A DNA stretch of 64,000 nt, from the NCBI GenBank assembly GCA_003193925.1, contig PSPG01000008.1:64001-128000 (forward strand), in the 5' to 3' direction. The translations under genes were made by a program, and so were the position numbers. Position 1 is the stretch's first letter. Each line of letters begins with the position of its first letter. Positions 9,993-19,392 of the stretch are shown in pieces. The stretch is from Candidatus Thalassarchaeum betae (GTDB lineage Archaea > Thermoplasmatota > Poseidoniia > Poseidoniales > Thalassarchaeaceae). The notes under the pieces were generated by a model. The model was not told the DNA's origin and ran no database searches. It saw only the letters and a program-made list of their open reading frames with translations.

Positions 9993-10886
9993 ATGAGCGA
10001 TACGAATGTGCAAATCAGCTTGAAACCAAAGGACTTCAAGGGCAAGGTGGACCCTGATTGGTGCCCCGGCTGCGGCGACTTCGGCGTGCTGAGCGGTCTC
10101 CAGCGAGCGGTCTGTGAACTCGGTCTGCAACCGCATGAGATCCTCACCATCAGCGGCATCGGATGCTCATCGAACTTCCCCGGCTTCTTCAACTCGTACG
10201 GGATGCACACGCTGCACGGGCGGGCGCTGCCGCACGCGAGCGGGGCGAAGCTAGCGAACCACGAGATGAATGTCATAGTGACCGGAGGAGATGGAGACGG
10301 CTACGGCATCGGGGGGAATCACTTCACCCATACCAGCCGGCGTAACCTCGACATCCTGTACATCGTGATGAACAATCAGATCTACGGACTAACGACCGGT
10401 CAGATCTCGCCCACCAGCGAGGTCGGCATGAAGACCAAGAGCACCCCGTTCGGCAGCGTCGAGTTGCCAATCAACCCCATCGCGAGTGCGATTACGGCGG
10501 GAGCGACGTGGGTCGCGAGAGGCTACACTGGCAACATCAAGCAACTGACTCGATTGATTGTCGAGGGTATCCAGCACAAGGGATTCGCCCTACTCGACGT
10601 GTTCAGCCCATGTGTGACGTTCAACAAGGTCAACACCTACCAGTTCTTCCGGCCACGGGTGCAGCCACTGGAGGACATCGAGCATGATCCGAGCGACTGG
10701 AAGGCGGGTATCGAGAAGGCGATGCTTTGGGGGGATGTAATTCACACCGGCGTCTTCTTCGAGACCAAAACCAGGCTCACCCTGGGAGAACAGGAACCGG
10801 TACTCGACGAAGGCGGGCCGCTCGCCTTCCGCGAGCTCGGCCTCAGCAGTGAACAGACCGAACGCATCATCGCCCGCATGATGTGA
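9993..10886 (+). CDS. korB: 2-oxoacid:ferredoxin oxidoreductase beta subunit
   Basis: 'WCPGCGD', 'SGIGCS', TPP motif 'GGDGDG...NNQIYGLTTGQ', 'SPCVTFN'. Confidence 0.95.
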   Translation: MSDTNVQISLKPKDFKGKVDPDWCPGCGDFGVLSGLQRAVCELGLQPHEILTISGIGCSSNFPGFFNSYGMHTLHGRALPHASGAKLANHEMNVIVTGGDGDGYGIGGNHFTHTSRRNLDILYIVMNNQIYGLTTGQISPTSEVGMKTKSTPFGSVELPINPIASAITAGATWVARGYTGNIKQLTRLIVEGIQHKGFALLDVFSPCVTFNKVNTYQFFRPRVQPLEDIEHDPSDWKAGIEKAMLWGDVIHTGVFFETKTRLTLGEQEPVLDEGGPLAFRELGLSSEQTERIIARMM

Positions 10887-10896
10887 TTCGACGAAG

Positions 10897-11490
10897 CTAG
10901 CTGTTCTTCGACGGCCCTCTGTCCGGGCCTACAACAATGGTATGACACTGGTGAAGGGTTCGAACTCCTGCGACGGTGATGGCCGAGTCTCCATCTACGC
11001 AGCGCTCGCCTCCCCAGTCGCGGACCGTTCGCATCACCGTGCTTCGACCAGCATGGTTGTGGGGGTCGACCTTGAGCTCGACGCAGAGCTCCTCTGCTTC
11101 GCCCAGCCAGAGCAGCGAGGCGTCTATGGCCTTGCGTGCCAAGCCGTGCTGCTGCTCGGAGCTGCGGACCCAGTAGCCTAGGTTCCAGATTGCCTTGCCG
11201 GAGCGCGTCACGCGGTCGAATCCGACCAGTCCAAGAAGAGCTCCGTCCCAAGGTCGAATCATCAACCAATGATGTAGCATCCCGGTCCGTCCCATTCGCT
11301 CGGTCTCGGCGAGGAAGTCCACTATCTGGGAGTCGAAGGGCCGGTCCGGGTTAATCCAAGGCATCGCCCTGCTGACCTCGGGCCAAGTCTCCTCGAAGGC
11401 CTCCATCATCTCCGGGCCGTACTCGCTCGTCGCAGGCCTCAGCACCAGCCTGTCATCGACCCGAATAGTGGCCGTCGCACGCCTCAGCAC
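10897..11490 (-). CDS. GNAT acetyltransferase, RimJ/RimL family
   Basis: 'RLVLRP', 'NLGYWVRSSEQQHGLA', 'VDPHNHAG'. Confidence 0.8.
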   Translation of the reverse strand: MLRRATATIRVDDRLVLRPATSEYGPEMMEAFEETWPEVSRAMPWINPDRPFDSQIVDFLAETERMGRTGMLHHWLMIRPWDGALLGLVGFDRVTRSGKAIWNLGYWVRSSEQQHGLARKAIDASLLWLGEAEELCVELKVDPHNHAGRSTVMRTVRDWGGERCVDGDSAITVAGVRTLHQCHTIVVGPDRGPSKNS

Positions 11491-11533
11491 GGAGTTTCGG
11501 CAGCGGTCCTATCGCATCAGGGCTACGGATCCA

Positions 11534-12730
11534 TCAAGGTCGCAACTTCGCCTTCGCCGTCGCCACATTCGGGTCGCTGGGCAGCTCTTTCTGGGCCGAT
11601 TTCAAAAGAGCGTCCACCGCATTCGAGCGGCCTATCCTCTGCAGCAGGGCTCCCACGGGGTAGACCAGCTTGGGGCGGTCGCCGAGATGGGGGCCGACTT
11701 CGTCGATGATGACGGTGGACTGCGCGATGTCCCTGGAGCGGGCCGCCTCCATCGCCGCTTTCACCCGAAGAGCGACCTTGCGATCAGACCACATGTCCTG
11801 CTGAGCCCATGGCCAGTAGTTGTCGGGCTCAGGAGCCTTGGCACTGATGGGCGGAATAACCGGGGGCGGTGGGATGGGCATCGGCTCCTGGTCCTCGTCG
11901 ACTTCTGGAGGGGATGGTGGGGCCGGGGGCATCAGCGGTGGTGGAAGATCAGTCGGAGGCGGTGGTATCTCGACCTCGCCTGGAGCCTCTTCCGGCTCGG
12001 CCTCTAGCAGGGTTATCAAATCGGACTTATTGAGTTTGGAGAAGCCTGTCAGTCCGCGCTCCCTCGCCATCTTCTTCAGAGTGTCCACGGTCATGTTCGA
12101 AAGGCCGGAATCGGCCTCGGGCTCCACCTCTGGCTCGGGCTCCGGTGCCGGCTCAGACCCTTGGACCTCAGCCATCTCGCCGTTCGTGTCCGGAATCTCA
12201 CTGGCCGAGATGACCTCGACGGTCTCAGGTGCGTCGGCGGTGGGCTGAACGAGTTCTATCTGCTGCGTCTGAATCGCCTCAATCGGTTCCGGTTCGATCT
12301 CCGGGACCTCGAACTTAGTAACGAACTCGGGAGCGTCCCCGGGCTTGAGCTCGTACTCCACATCCTCCTCGTCCGATGGCTCTGGGTGGTCGACGGTCAT
12401 GGCGAAGGACGGCTTCTGATTCGTCAGCACCACGTCGTCCTTGCCGTACTGCTTGACTTCAATCGTCATATCGTCCATGGTGAATGAGGCCTTCGACCAA
12501 TCGATAATCTCGTCGCTGTCGTCCTCCTCCATCTGCTCAAGGAGCTCGTCGAAGAGGTCGGTGGCGACCTCATCATCGATAGTCGATTCCTGCTGGTGAG
12601 AGGCTTTCTGCAGTTGGTAGGAGCAACGAGAGCAACTCTCGGTGCCCTCGGGGTTCCTCTGCTGGCACAACGGGCATTCGACACCCACCTCCTCCTGCTT
12701 TCGCCAGGCTTTGAATCGGTCGAACACCAT
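11534..12730 (-). CDS. Acidic, Pro-rich protein with N-terminal zinc ribbon and internal Rho-N/HeH-like motif
   Basis: 'CPLC-x9-CSRC'; 'LSNMTVDTLKKMARERGLTGFSKLNKSDLITLL'; poly-Pro linker; helical C-terminal domain. Confidence 0.75.
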   Translation of the reverse strand: MVFDRFKAWRKQEEVGVECPLCQQRNPEGTESCSRCSYQLQKASHQQESTIDDEVATDLFDELLEQMEEDDSDEIIDWSKASFTMDDMTIEVKQYGKDDVVLTNQKPSFAMTVDHPEPSDEEDVEYELKPGDAPEFVTKFEVPEIEPEPIEAIQTQQIELVQPTADAPETVEVISASEIPDTNGEMAEVQGSEPAPEPEPEVEPEADSGLSNMTVDTLKKMARERGLTGFSKLNKSDLITLLEAEPEEAPGEVEIPPPPTDLPPPLMPPAPPSPPEVDEDQEPMPIPPPPVIPPISAKAPEPDNYWPWAQQDMWSDRKVALRVKAAMEAARSRDIAQSTVIIDEVGPHLGDRPKLVYPVGALLQRIGRSNAVDALLKSAQKELPSDPNVATAKAKLRP

Positions 12731-12866
12731 TCAGTCCCCTCCTAGATGCCCGTCCTCGTCGAAAGTCTCCGTATAATATTCACCCGGTGTTGGTCGCCCG
12801 CCGTCTAGGACGGCGGCGGCCGTGATAGAGGGAATCGTGATGTGATGGCACGTTCGTCGGCTGTGC

Positions 12867-14792
12867 ATGGCAGACGACCCTGGGGAGTTGCCGGCGCGCT
12901 TCAATCGCAGTCAGGATCATCACGAGGCCTATCTGAATCTGATTGGGTGGGAGTTGGAAGACGAGCTGGCAGCGACGGAGAAGCGGCTTCGCGAATGGCC
13001 CGATGGCAGGCTCGCAGCAAACGGGATTGCGCTGTTCGACTTGGTCGCGAAGACTGACGGCTGGCTGTTCGGGCAGCGCATCGTGAAGCTGGTGAGGCGT
13101 GATCGGCAGGCCTTCGGGATGCATCGCTTCAGGCAGGGCGACATCGTGATGCTCAGCCGTCGCAACCCGCTTTCCGAGAAGCCGGTCGAGGCGATTGTCA
13201 GCAATCGGACGCGTTTCTTCATTCGCATCGTCCTGCCCGAGGCCCCCACCGGCCTACGTAGGGACACCTGGAGGATGGACAGAGGCGCCAACAGGGTGGC
13301 GCACGACAGGATGCGCGATGCTCTGAACTCAATCTTCGAGGAGGATGGCGGTGCTCCGATGCGCGACCTCCTGCTCGGCTTGGTCCACGACCCCGTCGGT
13401 ACGGCCTCGCTGGCCCCTCACCTAGGGGTCGCACGCTCCAGACCGACCTCTCTGGCCTCCGATCTCAACAAGGCCCAGAGGGAGGCCGCCCAAGCCGCTC
13501 TGGAACAGCGTCTCACTCTGATCCAGGGTCCGCCGGGAACCGGGAAGACCCATACCGGCGTGCGCATCCTCGAGACTTGGGCCAAGCAGGACCTTGGAAC
13601 CATTCTCGCGGTCGCCGACTCCAACGTCGCGGTCGACAACCTGCTCGAGGGTCTGCTCTCCCTCAATATCCGCGCCGTGCGTCTCGGACAGCCCGTCAAG
13701 GTCAGAGAGAGCCTCAGAGAAGCCACGATGGATGCCCAGATGGAGGAGCATCCCCTGCATCGCGACCTCGACCACTGGCTCAAGTCAAACGAGAAACTCG
13801 ATCGCCGAGTCAAGGGGATGAAGGGCAAGGAAAAGGGGCTGGCGCACCGCGATCTGAGGCGCGGTTGGAAGGAGGTTCGCCGGATCGAGGCGCAGATGCG
13901 GGATGACATCCTAGACCGTGCTCAGGTGCTGTGCTGCACCTGCATTGGCTCGGGACACCAAATACTGGACGGGCGCAGGTTCTCCCGCGTCCTCATCGAC
14001 GAGGCCACGCAAGCCACCGAACCTGCCGCTCTGGTTCCTCTGGTGCGCGGCGCACGCCAGATTGTCCTGATCGGGGACCATCGCCAACTGCCACCGACAG
14101 TCATCTCACAGCGCGCCGAGAACGGTGGTCTGAACCGCTCCCTGTTCGAGCGGATAACTGAGATGGGCATCGAGCCGCTGCTGCTGCGAACCCAGTACAG
14201 AATGCACCCGGCGATCTCCTGCTTTCCCAACGAGCGCTTCTATGGGGGTCTGCTGGAGGACGGGGTCGCAGCAGAGGACAGGGCGACACCTGCCGGTCTG
14301 CTTTGGCCCGACTGGGAGCAGCCGATCGCCTTCCTCCCACTCAAAGGCGGCGAAGTGACAGCACCTGACGGCGCATCTAAGGAGAATCCGGCCGAGGCGG
14401 TGTGGATAGCGCGCCTGCTCGAGGGGCTCTTGGACGCAGGCGAGCTGCAGCAGGAGGACATCGGAATCATCACGCCGTACGCGGGGCAGGTCAGGGCGAT
14501 CCGCGACAGCGTCCCGGAGAAGTACGACGGGGTCGAGGTCCACACCGTCGACGGCTACCAGGGACGCGAGAAGGAAGTCATCCTATTCTCCTGCGTGCGC
14601 TCCAACAGCGATGGCAACGTCGGCTTCCTCGCCGACTCGCGGCGGCTCAACGTCGCGCTGACCCGCGCCAAGCGTGGATTGATCGTGGTCGGGGACCCCG
14701 GAACGCTGCGCTACGACGAGGATTGGGCAGCGTGGCTAGAACACGTGCGAAGTCGCAACCTTGAGGCGTGGCACTTGCTCGGAATGGCCTGA
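12867..14792 (+). CDS. Superfamily 1 helicase, Upf1/IGHMBP2/DNA2-like
   Basis: 'QGPPGTGKT', 'SNVAVDN', 'IDEATQ', 'GDHRQLPP', 'QYRMHP', 'VDGYQGREK', 'RRLNVALTRA'. Confidence 0.95.
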   Translation: MADDPGELPARFNRSQDHHEAYLNLIGWELEDELAATEKRLREWPDGRLAANGIALFDLVAKTDGWLFGQRIVKLVRRDRQAFGMHRFRQGDIVMLSRRNPLSEKPVEAIVSNRTRFFIRIVLPEAPTGLRRDTWRMDRGANRVAHDRMRDALNSIFEEDGGAPMRDLLLGLVHDPVGTASLAPHLGVARSRPTSLASDLNKAQREAAQAALEQRLTLIQGPPGTGKTHTGVRILETWAKQDLGTILAVADSNVAVDNLLEGLLSLNIRAVRLGQPVKVRESLREATMDAQMEEHPLHRDLDHWLKSNEKLDRRVKGMKGKEKGLAHRDLRRGWKEVRRIEAQMRDDILDRAQVLCCTCIGSGHQILDGRRFSRVLIDEATQATEPAALVPLVRGARQIVLIGDHRQLPPTVISQRAENGGLNRSLFERITEMGIEPLLLRTQYRMHPAISCFPNERFYGGLLEDGVAAEDRATPAGLLWPDWEQPIAFLPLKGGEVTAPDGASKENPAEAVWIARLLEGLLDAGELQQEDIGIITPYAGQVRAIRDSVPEKYDGVEVHTVDGYQGREKEVILFSCVRSNSDGNVGFLADSRRLNVALTRAKRGLIVVGDPGTLRYDEDWAAWLEHVRSRNLEAWHLLGMA

Positions 14793-14801
14793 GAGGTACG
14801 C

Positions 14802-15380
14802 ATGACTGACCACGACTCGCCTATTCAATTGAACCTGAGTGGTGGCACTCTGGCCAAGCAGATTGTCTCTGCCGGGGACGGCGGACACTGGCCGATCCCC
14901 GACGGCACGATACTGGCTTCCGGAGTCAGGAGGCTGGCTGCCTTCGCAGTGGACGTCGTGATTGTGACGACCATCCTGATGGTCGTGACCAGAAGGCAGG
15001 TCATAAACGCCTGGAACATCGACCTCTGGACTTCTCCGGACTTCCATTACGCCCTCGCCCACGCCTCGGTCGTACTGATTGCCCACTGGCTGTACTGGAG
15101 GGTCACCGGACTGAGCTTCTCACGTTCGCTCGGACAACGCATGTTCGGCATCGCGGTGATTGCCGAGGACGGCTCGGGCATGACGAGCCAGATGTGGGAC
15201 CGGAGGGCGCTGCGCAAGCTGCTCTACCTCCTGCCGGTCCTGAACCTCTACTTCGGAGCGTACGACCTAGCGAGGATCTCACAGCGCCACACGCACCAGT
15301 CGAACATCGACCTGCACGTGGGCTCCATCGTTGCGCATGCAGACTCGCTGCCGCCGGCGAGCAGGCGCCACATAAGGTAG
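14802..15380 (+). CDS. RDD family membrane protein
   Basis: 'RRLAAFAVD', 'SLGQRMFGIAV', hydrophobic segments. Confidence 0.85.
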   Translation: MTDHDSPIQLNLSGGTLAKQIVSAGDGGHWPIPDGTILASGVRRLAAFAVDVVIVTTILMVVTRRQVINAWNIDLWTSPDFHYALAHASVVLIAHWLYWRVTGLSFSRSLGQRMFGIAVIAEDGSGMTSQMWDRRALRKLLYLLPVLNLYFGAYDLARISQRHTHQSNIDLHVGSIVAHADSLPPASRRHIR

Positions 15381-15388
15381 GTGAGGAG

Positions 15389-15991
15389 ATGCTGGATGCA
15401 GTGGAGTGCGCGCTTTCAGGCGGGTGCATCGTCTACCCTACCACGACCCAGCCGGCGCTGGGCTGCCTGCCCGAGCCGGCTGCGCTCGACGGGCTGTACG
15501 AGCTGAAGCAGCGGCCTGCTGACATGCCTGTCAGCATTGGCGTGGCAAGCCTCGAACAGGCCGCCGCGCTGGTCGAGGTGCCAGACGACGTGCGCGACTT
15601 CCTCGCAGCCTTTCCAGAGGGCTCCCTGACCGTGGTTCTGCGAGCCCACGAGACTCTGGACGCGCGACTCGGGGGCGATAACGTGGCAATCCGAGTCGTC
15701 GCTCACCCGGTGGCCAAGGAGCTGCTCGCAATCACCGGCCCGCTCACGGCGAGCAGTGCCAACAGGAGCGGTGAGGAGCCAGTCTCCGACTGCGACGAGG
15801 CAACGCGCCTCCTATCAGCCACCGGAGAGGGGGTATCGAGCGTGTCCGGTGTGTGTCCCGGAGGGGCACCCAGTACATTGATAGCGTGGTATTCGGTCTG
15901 TGGTTCAACCCAGTTGAGTGATACCGAGGTATTGAGAGAGGGAGTAGTTAGCACTGAGGAGATTCTCACATGGTTGAGGAAGGAGACCTGA
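15389..15991 (+). CDS. Threonylcarbamoyl-AMP synthase (Sua5/YrdC/TsaC)
   Basis: 'IVYPTTT', 'LYELKQRP', 'PLTASSANRSG'; GTGAGGAG RBS before ATG 15389. Confidence 0.88.
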   Translation: MLDAVECALSGGCIVYPTTTQPALGCLPEPAALDGLYELKQRPADMPVSIGVASLEQAAALVEVPDDVRDFLAAFPEGSLTVVLRAHETLDARLGGDNVAIRVVAHPVAKELLAITGPLTASSANRSGEEPVSDCDEATRLLSATGEGVSSVSGVCPGGAPSTLIAWYSVCGSTQLSDTEVLREGVVSTEEILTWLRKET

Positions 15992-16983
15992 AGCAGTGGC
16001 GAGATGCCGGCCGCGTCGCTCGCAGGACCATCGAGGGAATCAAGGGCGAGATCACAGCCGGCAAGTCCTGGGACGAGGTCATCGACTCCGCGGAGCGCTT
16101 CATCAAGCGTCACGGAGGGCACGCCGCCTTCCCCGTAACCATCTCCGTCAATGAGATGGCTGCGCACTACACCACCAACACCGAGCTCGAGCCTCCTGAG
16201 GGGTTGGAGGGGGAGATGGTCTTTCAGAAGGGGGATCTCGTCAAATTCGACGTCGGCGTCCACATCAAGGGCGCCATCGCCGACAACGCGCTCACCGTAG
16301 AAGTGGGCGGTGGCGGCAAACACACCGATCAAATCCGCGCTGCCGAGGAGGCTCGTGACGCTGCCATCGAGAAGATGCACCCCGGAACCCCTTGGCACGA
16401 GATAGGGGCTGCCGCCGAGCAGGTGTCCAAGGATGCAGGCTTCGAGCCGATACGGAACCTCTGCGGGCACCAGCTCGAGCGCTGGAACCTGCACGCTGGA
16501 ACCTCAATCCCATCGTACTCGTGTGGAGCGAAGAACCCCGGTTTCAAGGGCGACGTGGAGGTCGGCGGGATCTATGCAGTCGAGCCATTCAACACTACGG
16601 GAAAGTCCGGTATGGTGGAGAATGTCCCTCCTGTCGGCTCCTCCAACATCCTGAGGGTCACTGGCGATGTCAAGATTCGCAAGGCCCTAGCCAAGGGCAA
16701 ACTCAAGCCACTCGGCGCGACCATGGCTCGTTACATAGAAGAGAGGTATAACACGCTCCCGTTCGCCGAGCGTTGGGCCTACCCCCTGTTGGTGAAGCCG
16801 TTCCCCGGCGAGGAAAAGGAGTCGTTGCGCCGCAAGTGGAATGCCCTGGTCAAGAAACTGATCTCGATCAGGTTCGCAGAGGTCTATGCGGCGCTGCGTG
16901 ACGCCGATGGCGGCAACGTCGGACAGTTCGAGCACACGGTGCTCGTTACCGAAGGCGGACCAGAGGTTCTTACTATCCAATGA
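15970..16983 (+). CDS. map: Methionine aminopeptidase type II
   Basis: 'AFPVTISVNEMAAHYT', 'KFDVGVHIKGAIADNA', 'NLCGH', 'AVEPF', 'QFEHTV'. Confidence 0.96.
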   Translation: MVEEGDLKQWRDAGRVARRTIEGIKGEITAGKSWDEVIDSAERFIKRHGGHAAFPVTISVNEMAAHYTTNTELEPPEGLEGEMVFQKGDLVKFDVGVHIKGAIADNALTVEVGGGGKHTDQIRAAEEARDAAIEKMHPGTPWHEIGAAAEQVSKDAGFEPIRNLCGHQLERWNLHAGTSIPSYSCGAKNPGFKGDVEVGGIYAVEPFNTTGKSGMVENVPPVGSSNILRVTGDVKIRKALAKGKLKPLGATMARYIEERYNTLPFAERWAYPLLVKPFPGEEKESLRRKWNALVKKLISIRFAEVYAALRDADGGNVGQFEHTVLVTEGGPEVLTIQ

Positions 16984-17042
16984 TAGGCTCTCAATACAGC
17001 GTTTCTTGGTCCTAATGACTGAAATCTCGCAACGATTATCAA

Positions 17043-17260
17043 GCGCCGGCTCCAATGAGCGACTGTACAGGGACGACAGGTTCTCGCTGAGTGCATCCCA
17101 TCCCCTCGCTTTTATCTCTCGCCCTGTACACCTGAATCGGGTGGCTGCAAGGCTATGCTAAGTCCTGTTTCGGTATCTCTAGCCGGTAAAAGTTCCATTC
17201 GCATCACCACCATCACGGGGCGTGGAACCCGTAGACGAGTGGACCGTGGCGAACTCAAGG
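17043..17260. repeat. Direct repeat copy A (~218 bp, ~90% identical to 18350-18568)
   Basis: Manual alignment: about 20 substitutions and a 1-nt deletion relative to copy B. Confidence 0.92.
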
Positions 17261-17457
17261 ACCTCGATCTCGTCGTGGCAGTCAGCATCGGCTTCCTGAC
17301 CTTGCCGACATGGGCCGGGGTGCTGGGTGGAATCGGAACCTCGGAAGCCCTCGCCAGCTTGCCGCTGAGCATGATACCGACGTTCGCGGTTCCAATCTAC
17401 TTCATCTTCCACCTGATCACGCTGCGACGACTGCGAAAATGGCCTGCTCACCGATGA
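17222..17457 (+). pseudogene. Chimeric remnant: frameshifted SAP-gene start joined to the C-terminal fragment of a membrane protein
   Basis: GTG GAA CCC GTA GAC GAG TGG ACC GTG GC- GAA CTC AAG, then 'DLDLVVAVSIGFL...LPLSMIPTFAVPIYFIFHLITLRRL'. Confidence 0.6.
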
Positions 17458-17482
17458 CTGGACAGCGTTCGATGATCTCTGA

Positions 17483-18301
17483 TTAGTCGTCACGCGACCT
17501 AGAACGGCTCCACGAAGATGCCAGCGCTAGAGTGCCCAACCCAGACAACAGCCCGAATCCGGGTAGCGCCCCGACTCCGGGAAGCATCCCATCTTCCTCA
17601 GGCTCCTCATCTTCGACGATTTCGGGAGCGTCCACGATTGGGAACCGAATCTGAGATCGCATCCCATCTTGGTTGTTCGCGTAATACAGCCGGAAGGAAC
17701 CTCCGCATTTCAGCACCTGCAAAGGCCCACTGCACGGAGTCCCCGATGAATCCCAACCCACCTTGGAAATCTCAAACCTGATCCCCGGCTCATCGCCGCT
17801 TCGGTTCCACCTGGTCATGTTTGAATCGACGTCGAGCTCCCAAGTGATTTGCTCGTCCTCGTCTGTCACTAGATCCGGGAACGCCTTGCGAGCAACTTCC
17901 ACATCACCTTTCATCAGGGTGATGTTGAAGTCCTCGTCTGCGTCGTCTTCGGCTTCCGCGTGATCCACCCTGAGACCGAATTCGATCAATATCTTCCCCG
18001 TGGGGTTCAGGAACACGTCCTCATCGAAGGTGTACTTCATCTGGCAGGTGATGTCGACCTCCAGACGTTGACTGTCACTTCCGTCAACCTCCTCCCCATA
18101 CCCGTCATCTGCAGCTCCTGCTGAGCCCTCGGCATCGAAATTCTGCCAGCAGTCGGATATGTCGTCATTCCCCCAGAAGTACAACATATTATTGCTTGGA
18201 GAGGGTTGCTCGGGACCCACGATCTGGGCCGATACCGGAGCAGCGGCCGTTGAAGAGCCCAGCAGCATGACGAGAAGCACGGCGACGATCCTCCTTATCA
18301 T
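17483..18301 (-). CDS. Secreted/surface protein with PGF-CTERM-like sorting signal
   Basis: Signal peptide 'MIRRIVAVLLVMLLGSSTAAAPVSA'; C-terminus 'LPGFGLLSGLGTLALASSWSRSRSR'. Confidence 0.8.
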   Translation of the reverse strand: MIRRIVAVLLVMLLGSSTAAAPVSAQIVGPEQPSPSNNMLYFWGNDDISDCWQNFDAEGSAGAADDGYGEEVDGSDSQRLEVDITCQMKYTFDEDVFLNPTGKILIEFGLRVDHAEAEDDADEDFNITLMKGDVEVARKAFPDLVTDEDEQITWELDVDSNMTRWNRSGDEPGIRFEISKVGWDSSGTPCSGPLQVLKCGGSFRLYYANNQDGMRSQIRFPIVDAPEIVEDEEPEEDGMLPGVGALPGFGLLSGLGTLALASSWSRSRSRDD

Positions 18302-18349
18302 CAGAAACCGCACGAGAATCGCGCCGTTTGAGGTTATCCCATCTCGTCT

Positions 18350-18568
18350 GCGCCGACTCCGATGAGCAACTGTACAAGGACGACAGGTTCTCGCTGAGTG
18401 CATCCCATCCCCTCGCTTTTTTCTCTCGCCCTGTACACCCGAATAAGGCGGTTGCGAGGCTATGCAAAGTCCCGTTTCCGTATTTCTAACCGACAAAAGT
18501 TCCATTCGTATCACCACCATCCCGGGGCGTGGAACCCGTAGACGAGTGGACCGTGGCCGAACTCAAGG
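18350..18568. repeat. Direct repeat copy B (divergent intergenic region plus the start of the SAP gene)
   Basis: Aligns with 17043-17260. Confidence 0.92.
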
Positions 18569-19392
18569 CCGAACTCAAGGAACTCGGGCTCTCAAACAGT
18601 GGGAACAAGCAGGAGTTGTACGACCGCCTGGTCGAATACGAGGAGGGTGAGGACTGGGACGAGGATGAATCGGGCTTCGACGCCTCTGATCTGGCTCGCT
18701 CTTTCGCTGGTGCCATGGTGAGGAACAGAGTCGCCATAGGGGCGGTCTCCGCGGTAGTTATCCTAGTCGTCGCAGTGGCATTCGCCGGCCCGATGCTGCT
18801 CGACCTGTTCCGGCAGGAGGGGGCGAGCGAGCCGGAGGTGTACGTCTGGGAGTTCACGGTAGAGGAGAGGAACGTTACCGATGTCAAGAGTTACTTCATC
18901 AACGATGACACCACCGAGAGTGTGGTGGTCACGGTTCCGCTTACGAGGAACCTCTCTAGCATATACATCGGGGCCTACTGGCGGGAGTCTGACGAGCAGC
19001 CCGGGGGGATCATAGGCTGTGACGAGGTGACTATGGAGGTGTTTACCACCGATGTGAACAAGACGAACCTCTACTCTCTATCCAATACCGATGCCGCTAG
19101 TTCGGACTGCGATGCCGATGGAACCGAGCCATGGGACCACATATGGTACCAGTATGACCTCGAGCTTCCCAATATCACCGGTTTCGAGGGCACCGAGGAG
19201 GAGGCGCTTGCGATCTGGGATACCTACACGGGAATAGGGACCGGTGCGTGGCTCATCGATATCAGCGTGGACACTTACACCCTCTGGGGTCCAGTCTGTG
19301 ACTGCGAGGATGGCGAGGACGTCAGGCTGACCGTTTCCTACATCGAGTACGATGTCAATATGGCGAAGGCGCAGCCCTCGACCGATGGGTAG
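18529..19392 (+). CDS. Membrane-anchored SAP-domain protein
   Basis: SAP motif 'WTVAELKAELKELGLSNSGNKQELYDRL', one TM 'VAIGAVSAVVILVVAVAFAGP', acidic domain with N-x-S/T sequons. Confidence 0.82.
   Translation: MEPVDEWTVAELKAELKELGLSNSGNKQELYDRLVEYEEGEDWDEDESGFDASDLARSFAGAMVRNRVAIGAVSAVVILVVAVAFAGPMLLDLFRQEGASEPEVYVWEFTVEERNVTDVKSYFINDDTTESVVVTVPLTRNLSSIYIGAYWRESDEQPGGIIGCDEVTMEVFTTDVNKTNLYSLSNTDAASSDCDADGTEPWDHIWYQYDLELPNITGFEGTEEEALAIWDTYTGIGTGAWLIDISVDTYTLWGPVCDCEDGEDVRLTVSYIEYDVNMAKAQPSTDG

Noticed and set aside
17043-18568. IS/transposon bounded by the repeats
   Set aside because: Repeats are long, direct and derived from a host gene start; no transposase or terminal inverted repeats
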